DNA of 64,000 bases from the NCBI GenBank assembly GCA_004431415.1, contig QPMI01000494.1:1-64000 (forward strand), written 5' to 3'. The translations under genes and the position numbers were made by a program. The DNA comes from Cyanophora paradoxa CCMP329 (Eukaryota > Plantae > Glaucophyta). Shown piece after piece: positions 1 to 11,472 of this stretch; position 1 is the first letter of the stretch; each line of letters opens with the position of its first letter. The notes beneath the pieces were generated by a model. It had not been told where the DNA came from. It did not search any database and saw nothing but the letters and a program-made list of their open reading frames with translations.

Positions 1-944
1 TTCATGCTGGGATTAATCGCCTATGCCCTGAGTGGTTTGACAGAAAATCAGAGATACACTTGCTGGACTGGAATTGGAGCAAATGGGAAATCACTGCTCC
101 AAGAGTTGGTGAAAGACACATTTGGTGAGTATTATGGGTCACTGGACATGACATATTGGACTAAACCCAAGAAGAGTTCGTCAGAGGCTTCCCCAGAACT
201 CGCTTGCATTCTTGGTAAACGAATTGTTTTCAGTAATGAAGCAGAAGATGGTGATATGCTTCAACTGAACAAAATCAAACAGGTTACTGGTGGAATGAGA
301 TGAAGGTTCGAGCTCTTTTCAAAGATCTTGTTACATTCATTCCCATGTTCCAGTTGTTCTTGTCCACAAATGACAACTGGGAATCAGTAAACCAGATGCA
401 GCAATCCAAAGGCGAATTATCTACTACCGATTCGAAAATGTCTTCAAGGTCGATCCTCAGCCTGGTGAGAAGAAAGCAGACACCACTCTATGCGCCTAAT
501 GAAGAATGATGACGATTATAAAATGGCGCATATGTCCATTCTCCTGGAAATGTGGAGAACCCATTCTCTCAATGAATTCGTCACCAAACCACCCCAGTCC
601 ATTGTTGATCAAGGTGTTGAATATTTCAATGAGAATGACAAGATTGGAGAATGGATTCGTGAGAGTTATGAACTCACCAAGAGTCAAGGGGATTTCGCCA
701 CAAGTGAGTCCATTATCAGTCACTTTAAGATGACACATGGCAAATCGATGAAAAATTCACAGAATGCACTATCTTGAAGAGACTTCGCGAAGTCTTTAAT
801 GTGAAGGCTGAGAGAAAGCGAGTCAAGGTGTTCTTGCTCGTGCTACTTTGGGATCAAAAAGAAGCATAGTCGCAAGTTAGTGATGACAGTGATGTTGAAG
901 GTGGGATGAGTAAACAAAACAGAATCGATTCTAATACTGATTGA
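1..944 (+). CDS. D5-like (SF3) primase-helicase, C-terminal part; frameshifted across ORFs 4-303, 300-509, 490-777 and beyond
   Basis: Walker A TGIGANGKS, 'SPELACILGKRIVFSNE' (Walker B region), 'KQVTGG..MKVRALFK', 'FLSTND' (motif C). All typical of poxvirus D5/phage P4 alpha helicases. N-terminus lies outside the window. Confidence 0.85.
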
Positions 945-981
945 ATTTCTTATTTTTAAAAACCTTACTGTAAATGGTTTG

Positions 982-1115
982 TGTGACAGCTGTGACACCT
1001 TTTAATTGGTGTGACGCCTGTGACGCCTGTGACGCCTACTTTCAACTTTTAAAATTTCCAAAATCTACAAACCTCTGAAAACAGGTGTACAGGCGTCACA
1101 GGCGTCAACCCAATA
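982..1115. repeat. Inverted iteron unit, copy 1 (TGTGACGCC x3 ... AT-rich core ... GGCGTCACA-like x2-3)
   Basis: Directly visible. Near-identical to 16554-16710 and 16866-16990. Lies just downstream of the helicase gene. Confidence 0.85.
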
Positions 1116-1249
1116 ACCACAGACCCCCCCTGTGGGTCGATGACTTTTCGATTCTTATCGGACAATATAAAAAAACGTATCGTAAATCGGGTGTTTGACA
1201 AAAATTGACTGGCGATTTAAGGGATCATTGCGTTTTCCTTTGACTTGAC

Positions 1250-4200
1250 AGAACAGGATTATTCGACGAAATTCAGCGGCAGCTGGTCGAAAAGAATGAT
1301 ATTGCAGAGGTAGCGGAATATATTGCAAAGATCAGAGCCAGTAATGGTAGACCATATCAAAAAGAAGCGATGTATGCAAGCAGACTCGACACAGTAAATG
1401 TATATGTCCCAAAGGCACGAATGTGCGAATTATCAGAACCTGAAAAATTCGAAATGCGTTCAAATTGCCCAAAATAATATGTTCCCTTAAAGTAAAAGAT
1501 GCCCGCCAATCCAATAGAATCATCAAAGAGAAGAAAACGAAATACTCGGTCTTTAGGAACCTTTAGTTACTGGTGAATTACAGAATTCGAATATGATCGC
1601 CAGCAGCAATCTTGGATAGGAGACCAAGGTTATCTCAACTCACAGAAATTACAAATCGCCTCTATGATCGTTTTGAGAAAATGGAGGATTCAGGATGAAG
1701 TTTAAGGTTGGGAACAATTGAACCCGAGATTGAGGATGGGAAGCAATGAACAAAGCATATTCTTGTTAACCTATCGAGCAAGAGGGGAGGTTATCCAAGA
1801 TGGATTGAATCTGAGAGAATTGCACCACTCTACCTCAGAGACTCAGACAGAAACTCCAAGACCTGAGAGCAATTAAGACTCGGTTGACCTTCATTTGTAA
1901 TCACCAAAGTGAGTGATCCAAGGTGTGGATCACCAATTCATTTACAGTGATTACTTGTCATCACAAGTCACGAAATATTGATGTTGACTGCGAAATGCCC
2001 TTCAACCATGCAGGAGCAGATGATGCAGGTGGACAGTTACAGACTGGATCGCATTGAGATGCTGAGAGTGGTAATAATGTCTTATGCTCCTGTGGGTGGT
2101 GCTTCTTCTCAACTCCTGAGTGATTGGATCAAAGAGAGCAACTGTGAATGTCAAGAATATTGATGGTCAAGATTGCTTCAAGTATGCAATCTTGGCTTAC
2201 CTGCACCGAAATGATATTAATAAACACAGAGCAATGAACCAGCCAGTATAGAAGATGTTAAACGAACTCAATTTCGAAGGCATCCAGTTTCCAGTGCCTG
2301 TGATGCAGAGGTTATTGATCGATTGAGGAGCAGAACCTGAACTGAGTATCAACATTTATGGTGCAGATAATCAAGCACAGTGTTTCTATCCTCTCCATCA
2401 ATCCAGCAACCCGAGGAGAAAGACCAAGATCAACTTTTATTAATCGAAAACGAAGAGGATGATAGAGGGCATTATATCACCATCATGTCTCTGAGTAGAC
2501 TCCTGAAAACCACCTTTGATAAAGCCCATGATGGTCGCATTATTACTGTGAGACCTGCCTGTCTCGTCAGAACTCAGGAGAAGCTGACATTCACTTAGAA
2601 GCCAATCGCTGCATGATTGGAGGAGAGCAAAGTAAATGCCCGAAATCTGGAAGTCAAATTGCATTTGGGCTTCAACACCTTCGCAAAACTGTGTGGCTTC
2701 CCACTATCTGCTATGTAAAAATGGATAGTCACTCGGTTCAATTGATGAGAACCGCAGTAAAAGAGAGGTAAATCGGTTTCTCTAACAGTTGTGATGGGGG
2801 ATGAGGTGATCTCTCATCATTTCGAGGGATCAGATCCACTTGGTGCTCTGTTTACCACTCTCACAGAGATCAGACCCCAAGTAATCCGCACTCTATTCAC
2901 CATATTCCATGCACCCACTCACAGAAGAGCAGAAAGCACAATACAAGATCACTAAACACTGTTATATCTGTGCCGAACGATTTACCATGAGAATTTCCCA
3001 GTGAGAGACCATTGTCATCAATCAGGAGCATTTATTGGGAAAGCATGCCGAAACTGCAACCTCCACAGAAGAATCTCAAAGCAAACCAAGGTAGCAATTG
3101 TGGTGGATCACATGGATGAATGTGGACACGAAATATTCGCAAAATGCACAGCAAGATGATAAACTTCGTGTTGAGATTCTGAGCAAGAATTTCGACCAAT
3201 ACCTCTCCCTGCAATGGGGCATGTGGAAATTCATTGATGCTTCGCATTTCATGGACTTCAGGCAGTGGATGCAATGATCTAATGGGTAAATTCCAGACTT
3301 TCCGAGAATTGGCGTTTCCCAATATGGATTAGATCCTGCCCATTATGTTTCGGCTCCTGGATTATCCTGGGATGCAATGCTAATTTATACCAGAGCAAAG
3401 ATTGAGCAGATCAGTGATGTAGGGCAATACGAATTTATGAGAGGGCAATTCGAGTGGGTTTGCTACAATGCCTACTCGATATGCAAAGGTGGAAACCCAG
3501 ATGACCATATAGTTCTCTTGGATGCAAATAATCTGTATGGTTATGCTCTCAGTCAAGAACTGCCCATTGGCGATTTTCGATGGGAAGATGTCTCAGAGGC
3601 ACTTAAAGAGACCCCAGGACGAAGTGCCTTCATTGAAGTTGACCTGGAATACCCACAAACTCTCACAGATCATTACGATTTTCCACTTGTAGTGAATAAA
3701 GAGCATGTCACCACCGAAATGCTGGGTGGGTATCAAAGAAGTTACTGGATATCACAGGTGAGAAGATAAGCAAAGACCCAAACTCACAGCAACATTCTCA
3801 CCCAAAAACAACTATGTGATTTCCAACCTCTCTTGGTCTATCTTGTGAGCAAAGGTATTATATCACGAAGGTTCACAGGGTTCTCTCATTTGCAACCTCT
3901 GCATTTATGAATAGTTATATTGATCTAAATACGAAATTGAGGCGCCAATCTATGTCCAGATTCGAGAGTGACTTCTTTAAATTAATGAACAATGCAATCT
4001 ATGGTAAATGCCTCGAATCATGCAGGGGTCGCTCTGTGGTAAAGATTGCAAACAGTGAGAAACTCTGCAAGAAATATGCTGCAAGTCCACTCATCAAGGC
4101 AACCAATGTATTAAACGAAAATGCTGTTGCCTTTGAGATGTATTCCAAGCATGTTCACTTAGATAAACCTGTTGCAATTGGTGCTTTCGTGCTGGATTTG

Positions 4201-4716
4201 CGAAACTCCATAATAGCAGGTTCTTTTTTGATGTGGTGAGGAGAACTTGGGAAACAGCAGAGCTACTATTCCATGATACAGATTCTTTCTGCTACTGCTG
4301 CATACCAATGATCTAAATAATGAGATGAAGCGAATTTCTGAACACCTGGATTGCAGTAATTATGATCCCTCCCACCTCTCTTTGATAGGAGCAATCGTTT
4401 GATTCCAGGTAAATATAAAAACGAGTTTCCAATGCAAAGATTGTGGAGTATGTAGTCTGAGATCGAAACTCTATGCTTTCAGAACTGAGACCTTTGATAA
4501 AATAAAGATGTCTGGGACTTCCTCAAAAGAGTTCACTTTGATGATTTCAAAAGATGCCTGTTTGAAGGCATCACCAAAACAGTAGCAGTAGTAAACAAGC
4601 GAAGGCAAGACCACAACCTATATGATTTGGAGAGCAGAAGGGTGGCTCTAAACCAACTCGATAGCAAAAGGAAGATATTAGACGATGGAATTCACAGCAT
4701 TCCATTTGGGCTCTAA
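1250..4716 (+). CDS. Protein-primed DNA polymerase B, Polinton type, with endonuclease-VII-like insert; many frameshifts; start uncertain
   Basis: Fragments read YAPVGG...CFKYAILAYLH, LNFEGIQFPV, 'HYITIMSLSRLL', CYIC...VRDHCHQSGAFIGKACRNCNL (~2955-3070), motif A LLDANNLYGYALSQELP, motif B FFKLMNNAIYGK, motif C HDTDSF (~4270-4290), and C-terminus DGIHSIPFGL* ending at 4716. Confidence 0.9.
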
Positions 4717-4899
4717 TCTACTTCATCAATCTTTCTTTTTCTTTGGTTTCGCTCTCCAAGAAGTAACAAACCGCGAATTAAATGCAGCAGCCATATACAT
4801 CTTAATCCTGGATCATTGGGCTCAATTGCAAAGTAGTTGGGAATTGTGTTCTCCTTCCACACAGAGTCTTGCATTTATTATATGAGAGATAAGGTAAAG

Positions 4900-6293
4900 A
4901 TGCCTTCTACACAAATAGGATTGAGACAACCACCAAGAATTGTGAGAAAAGAGGCAATTGAAGATCGAGGGAATATTCTGCCCATCACAGTTCCAGTGGA
5001 GGAGAAGAGCAGTCGAATATTGAAAAGATCAGAGATGGTCAAGCAATTAATCCCAGAGACCCTCCCAGCTGAGACAGCACCAAAAGAGTCGAAGATTGCT
5101 AAGAAGTTCTATGATCCCAGGACAGGCTACAAGGGATTTACTGCAATGAGACAGGAACTACCAGAGGAGAACTACAAGAAAATGAGAGAATGGTATGATA
5201 AGCAGGAGGTTGTCCAAATTAATGCACCTACCCTATCTCGAAAGAGAGATCCCATGATTCCAATTAGGCAACCCCTTGATACATATGTGATTGATCTGCT
5301 CTTCTTTCCTGCATACAAAAAGCAGAATGATGGTTATGATACATTTATGAGTGCAATGGAATCAACCTGAGAACAGGGTTCATTATTCCAATGAGAGACA
5401 AAAGTGCTCTTACTACACTTGCAGCATTCAAGCAACTTGAACAGAGAGTCCCCAGACCAATTGTTCGCATTCAGAGTGATAGTGGAAGCGAATTTACCAA
5501 TGTGTTATTCACAGATATTGGGAACGAAATTCATTGAGCATCAACTAAGTGATGTTGCAGATCACAGAACCCAAGGTCGGATTGAAGCCTTTAACAGACA
5601 GATCAAGAGATTAATCACAAACTACTGCATTGCAAATAATACTGCACGATTTTTTGATGTGTTGGGTGATATTGAGTATAATTATAATATACCATCCACT
5701 CTGCAACCAAGAGAAAACCAGCAGAGACCACAGAAGCCCACTACAAAGAGATAGTGAATATGGAGGATCAGAGATTCAAGAAATCGATTGAGTATCTTGA
5801 TGCTCTGAAACCTGGAATGTTTGTGAGAGTGAAAGTTGAAAAGAATCCATTTGCAAAGCAGGGTGTTAATTGGTCTCGAATTGTTATAGTGTGGAGGGCA
5901 GAGAGGGCTTCAAATTCAGAATCAGAAGTCCCAGTGGTGAGATAGTTGATGGTAGATTCGCTTTTCATGAACTGCTTCCCATTAAAGGTGTTGAGTATCA
6001 TGAAACTCCCACAGTGGATGCCCTTGAACAGGCAAAAGAGGAAGCCAGGGTTGATTCAGCAATCAGAAAGGAGGGCATAGAAAAAGCAAGTGAAGTTCCA
6101 AAAGAACCCCTCACAGAAGCAGAGCACAAAGAAGGGCAGAGTAGAGAAAGAGTTGAAGAAGTTGACCATAGCAGGAACCCAGAAATTATCAGAAGTTAAC
6201 AGTCAGAGATGGTATAATGACTTTTCAACCACCAAGGAAACATATACTGCACCCCAAACTCGATTTAATTTACGAAGTGGTCAGAGGAAATAG
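4900..6293 (+). CDS. Retroviral-type (rve, DDE) integrase of the Polinton family; frameshifted across ORFs 4837-5370, 5404-5754, 5754-5945, 5870-6199, 6090-6293
   Basis: 'FYDPRTGYKG' N-terminus, D1 in YVIDL, D2 in QSDSGSEF (alternate frame ~5470-5495), E in GRIEAFNRQIKR, then YN..H and 'PGMFVRV...F.KQG.NWS'. No chromodomain recognised. Confidence 0.88.
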
Positions 6294-6294
6294 A

Positions 6295-6573
6295 TTAACA
6301 ACGCTTTCGGAATCTCTTAGACCTCTGGCGAATTTTCCTCATTTGTCTATCTTTTTCAATAATTTCCAAGAAGAAAGTTTCAAGATTTGAAACCAGTTGG
6401 TAATTATAAACAAAGAACAGTCTCACATGCTCTGGCTGTGACATGAAGAAATTGTAATAGAAAGCAGTTTTGAAATCATGGATCCAGTCTGATTGGGGAG
6501 CATGGATGATAGCAGGGTCTTGGTAGATGGGATCCATAGCAGAAGTTGAGAGAATCCAGAAAATCCTTGTCAA
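6295..6573 (-). CDS. Small hypothetical viral protein with basic C-terminus (probable start MDPIY at 6537)
   Basis: Open frame filling the gap between integrase and patatin genes. No recognisable motif. Confidence 0.4.
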   Translation of the reverse strand: MTRIFWILSTSAMDPIYQDPAIIHAPQSDWIHDFKTAFYYNFFMSQPEHVRLFFVYNYQLVSNLETFFLEIIEKDRQMRKIRQRSKRFRKRC

Positions 6574-6577
6574 TTTT

Positions 6578-8081
6578 TTATTTTGTTAGTGCCCGATCTC
6601 GACGAAACCTGATAGCTGCTGCCGAGAGGATTCCGAATCTGCTTTCAGAATTGAAAACGGAGCAGTTGGTAATAAAATACATATGTATGACCGAGATTGA
6701 TGGAGTTTCAGTGATGTTTCGGTGAAGTTTCGGTGCGAAGTTTCGGTGAAGTTTCGGTGTGATGATAAATGACCAGGAAACACCATCTTGTGAGGTTGCA
6801 ACATTGAAGGTCTTAACAAAGGCATTGGTCACACCAGACCCATATGCAATTATAGATGCTACCTCATATATATATGGGAAGGATACTTGGAGATACTCAG
6901 TGGGAACACTCCATATCCCATCAGGAGCAGATGCATTTGCCTCCCAACCTGTTAAAGAAGGTCTTGCTTTAAATGCCTCCCTTCCAATTTTTGATGATGA
7001 AGCAGTGAATGCACCATCTGATAGAAGATACCAGTTAGCATCAATGGGAGGTATATTATTCAGAGTGGATGATATATAGAACCTTGCAGGGTTCTTGATT
7101 TCGTAATTTGCAACCAGTAAATCACAGAGTCTATCAATCATTACTGTGTTTGCTGCTATATACATTTCGGTTGCATCTATCATATCAGGGATCTTAGAGG
7201 TATCATCCAGAGAGTTTACTATGGTCTTTGGAAGTGGAACAGAGAGTCTATAATATCTTGCATATCCTTGGTCATCATTATATGGGAGAAACTCTTGCAT
7301 CTTTTCCAGGGCTGAGAGTTCACTTGCAGCCATCAACATATTAATTAATGGACTCCCAGAGGTCGAAGCAATCCATGAGAGAATGCCCCAGCTGTTGACA
7401 TCTTCATAGGAATATCCCACATTTGGGGCATCTGTTTCATTGACCTCACCACAGGATATACTGATCACAATTATATCATCATCATCATCATAGATCTTTT
7501 TAGCATGGCTGTAACCACATACACTGGGATTGTTGTTACCTGATATTGCACCATCAATTAGAGACATCCCATCATAGTTCACAGGTGAGAAGTAAGTTGG
7601 TGCAGCAGAGGTGGATCTTGCAGCAATCTTGCTGGGATGGATTTGTAGGAGTTATCATTGGTGATAAAAATGGCTTCATGCTCACAGTGTCAAAACTTGT
7701 GATCACTACATCTTTTAGAGAGTCTTGAATGAGAGACTCACCAGTAACAGTGAGAATGGCTGTCTCCAATGGGGTCACATCATACTTGGTGTTGAAAAGG
7801 GCATTATCTATAATATTTCTGGGATTTGCAAAGATTAATGGAAGTTGATTGAGATATGTTGAATGCAAATCGGTAGCAGTGAGTTTGGGTTCGTTTGGAA
7901 ATTCGAGATTTTTCACATTGAGACCAATCGCAATAATCCCACCAGTGGATGTTCCACTCACCAGGTCAACAAGGTCTATTACTCTTTTTCCAGTTCGAGT
8001 TTCGATTTCTTTTAGCAATCTCGTAATAATTATACCACGAGCTCCCCCACCTGAGAGACTGAGAATTACACGAAGGGGCAT
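6578..8081 (-). CDS. Patatin-like phospholipase fused to a discoidin (F5/8 type C)-like domain; one or more frameshifts near 7575-7670; C-terminus apparently replaced
   Basis: LSLSGGGARG, nucleophile GTSTG, catalytic LIDGA..NNPS. Then FTASSS...AFKAR...W...EYLQVSF...V..I..YG...FVKTFNVATSQDGVSW, the FA58C pattern. Probable start MPLRV at 8081. Confidence 0.85.
6705..6761. repeat. Five tandem 11-13 bp units GTTTCGGTGAA at the point where the discoidin domain breaks off
   Basis: gtttcagtgat/gtttcggtgaa/gtttcggtgcgaa/gtttcggtgaa/gtttcggtgtg, directly visible. Confidence 0.75.
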
Positions 8082-8130
8082 CTTTACTTTACTCAAATTT
8101 AATAAATCTCTATAAGTAGAGTAAACAGGG

Positions 8131-11100
8131 ATGAGTTTCAATTATCCAGCAAACCTGCAAACCATTCCTTCATCAGGAAGAGGGAAGGCAGATAACAAAC
8201 ATGTAAATTTCGATAACTTGACAGCCAGAGGGTCAATCTCAATCGACCATAGTGCAGATGAACCCTCAAAGACTCACCCAAGAATGCATGCACTTTCAAT
8301 AAACGAAATGGATCCTGAAAAAGAGGATGTGAGTGTTGCTTTCAGCATGGGGAATGTGAAATCGAATCAGGTAGCCCAGATTAAAGCAACCAGGAGCAGA
8401 CCAAGAAAACTGAAAACCAGTGGAACCCATCCAGATATTCCAACTCGATTCGATAGTGGAAGGTTGATATTCAATGTTCAAAATGAGAAGGGTGGGCATC
8501 AGAGTGGTTTAAGAATCTATAATGAAGGATCAAATGCAATTGCACAAATTCCCGAAATAGTACAGATAGCACCCCATGGAGAGACCAACAAAATCGAGTT
8601 CACTAACAATGTTTATCCACGAGATATTGTGGCGAATTCGGCTTCTAATGCGCAATTCGGTTTCCAACTACCAAGTGATACAGCAAAGAATAAGGCGTCT
8701 ATCACTGTCAACAGTAGCCCCACTCAACCAGTAACAATTCATTTACATCCAGACCTTGTCGAAATGGATAGGCACCTTTTACCTCTGGTAACTAATACCA
8801 AAGATCTTGGTATCAGAACCAGGCAATGGCGAAATATCCATGGAAGCAATGTCTATGCAAATGGAGAGAAACTTGTAAGTGAGAAGACCATAAGAGAGAT
8901 CTTTGAATATTATGGACCTGTCCCAGTTCCCTTTCCTCTTCCATGGGATCCACCAGATTTAACACCAAAAAGCAACCAGGAAGAGAATACACAGCAGATG
9001 AGACAGTTCCCTTTGGGCAGCACATTGTGAGTTGGGAGCAGGTTCGAAATAAACCTATAATTGAACCGAGAAAGCAAATAGATGAGCAATATTTACCACC
9101 TGAAATCGATATTTTGGAGCTTGACGAATACCAATTCGTTCCAGATGAGGAGGAATACCTACCTGATGGTTTCGACCCACAGGAGTATGAATATGATCAA
9201 TATGACCCCAATGAGGAAGAGTATTTACCAGATGGTTTAGATCCACAAGAGTATGAATATGAGCAGAATTATGAACCCCATGAGGAATATTTAGCTGATG
9301 GTCTCGAACCACCAGTTGTGGATTATGAGCAACCTTATGAACACCATGAGGAATTATTACCAGATGGATTTCGACCTGAGATTTGGGAGTTCTTTCCAGA
9401 TTGGGAGCAGATCAACAATAAACCAGCCAGATTTCCACCAGAGGATCACAACCATGACTGGGATGAGATCTTAGGGAAACCAGCGAAATTCCCACCAGAG
9501 GATCACAGGCATGATTGGGGTGAGATTGATGGAATCCCTACTGAGTTTCCACCAGAAGACCATTTGCATATTTGGAGTGAAATACGAGAACAACCCACTT
9601 TTGCATCAGCAGGTAATGTATTATTAGGAGATATTAACAATGGTGTGAGTCTCTATCAAAATATAGACACACCAGCAAGATTACAATTAAATGATTACTA
9701 TGTGAATCGAAAGGGAATAGATGCAGGAACCACAATGGAAGGCGAATTATACATTAGACCCCCTACAAGAAATGGAATATTGGGGCTTGGTGGTGGTATT
9801 GAAATCAAAGACACCAAACCAGGTATCTATCTGACAAGTTACTTTGCAGATGACATCCCAATGACAGGAGGATTGATCTCTCTACCATCTGATCCAGCAA
9901 ACTATGATGATAAAAACGCTGCAATCCAAATTAATGTCACTGATGTGAGTGATTTGGATGGTTCAAGACCGAAATTAATATTTAGCAGAGAGAGATTGCT
10001 ACCCAATGCACTTTTGGGAAACCGAGACGACTATAAACAATGCGAAGTTGCATGGATTAAAACGAATTATAATGGTGGAGTTGGTGAGGGACTCTTAGAA
10101 ATCAATCAGAGGGCAGCAGCAAAGAATATTCATAATGAGACTATATCAAGAGTGGTTACAGAGGATTACCTTCAAGCCCAAAACTACATAGATGAAACAG
10201 AACTGAACACAATCATTGCAGGTATAAACATTGGTGTGACAGGGGATTACCTCCCTCTAACAGGTGGGATAATTGATGGAACAGTAACAGCATGCAACTT
10301 CTTTGTCCATACTGAAAGCAATCAAACCTTCCCTGTTGTCCATCCAGGAGGTGAATATGAGATACCTGATGATCCAGCTATAATGCCCATTAAAATTGAT
10401 CTACCTTCTGATTATGTAGGAAGGGGTGAACTGAAAACCATCTCTTTCACAGGAGATTATAATGATCTCCTGAATAAACCTACTGCTGCAAATCTGCATC
10501 CTGTTGCATTTTCGGGAAGCTTTCTTGATCTTAATAATAGATCACACAATCACACAAAGGCAGAGATCACAGATTTCGCACACACTCACACAAAATCACA
10601 AATTACAGATTTTGCACACTACCACACAAGAGCAGATATTACGAATTTCGCTCACACTCATGTTAAATCTGAGATCTTAGATCTCGGAAATGTTGCATAT
10701 GTTGGTCACACCCATACCAAGGCAGAGATTACAGATCTTGGAAATGTTGCATATGTAGGTCACACCCACACTAAGGCAGAGATTACAGATTTTGCACATA
10801 CTCATGATTGGAATACAGATATTTATAACAAACCAGCGATTTTCTCGGGCAACTACAATGATCTGACCAATAAACCCACCCTTGATCCCTTTACAGCAAA
10901 TAATATCACTGCAAATGCAAACCTTCTCATTGGATCAGGTTACTTTCTCGATTATGACCCATATATTATGCCTGATCCTCCTGTTATTTGGAATTTCCAC
11001 AATTCAACCCTTTCTACTAACTCTATATCTTACTATCAGGATAAAACCCTACTTGTTCGTGGAAATGCATATGCAAGAGAAATGTGGGTCATGGATCCTC

Positions 11101-11447
11101 GGGACAATTCAAAGGTTACTAAGCTGGCTCCTCAATACATGCTTGATAACCTGATTAGAAAAGGGAGACATGAAATGACAATTGCAAATCCTCAAATTGG
11201 GGGCAGTTCAGCAAGGCAAAACCATACCATTACATTAAATTGGAGTCCTGCCTTTGCATCTGCTCCATCTGTTGTTGTGACATTGCAGGGATTACCTGCA
11301 ACAAATGTAGAAATCGACTACAAAATAGGGATATCAAGCAACTCAACAACCTCAACCACAATTAACCTTGTTATTTGGGCAGCAGGATGGGTAACCATTC
11401 AGCCACAGTGGCTTCAAATTGCAATCCATTGGATAGCATCAGCATAA
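8131..11447 (+). CDS. Large phage-tail-fibre-like virion protein (ORFs 8131-9030 and 8943-11447, probably one gene joined at A5 8967-8971)
   Basis: DLGIRTRQWRNIH motif, acidic EEEYLPDGxDP repeats, FPPEDHxHDWxEIxGKP repeats, YLPLTGG, F(S/T)GxYNDLxNKP, about seven HTHTKAEITDFA-type repeats. C-terminal beta domain (WSPAFASAPSVVVT...IHWIA) resembles fibre-tip/H-type lectin-like folds. Confidence 0.75.
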
Positions 11448-11472
11448 TAAAGATTCTCACACTATTACAAAG

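Noticed and set aside
4713-4874. ~53-aa minus-strand ORF between polB and integrase
   Set aside because: Short, no motif, and in an error-prone region, so not supportable.
8960-8975. Programmed -1 frameshift joining ORFs 8131-9030 and 8943-11447
   Set aside because: CCAAAAAG is not a canonical X XXY YYZ slippery heptamer. One missing A in a homopolymer explains the break and matches the error pattern further left. Not fully excluded.
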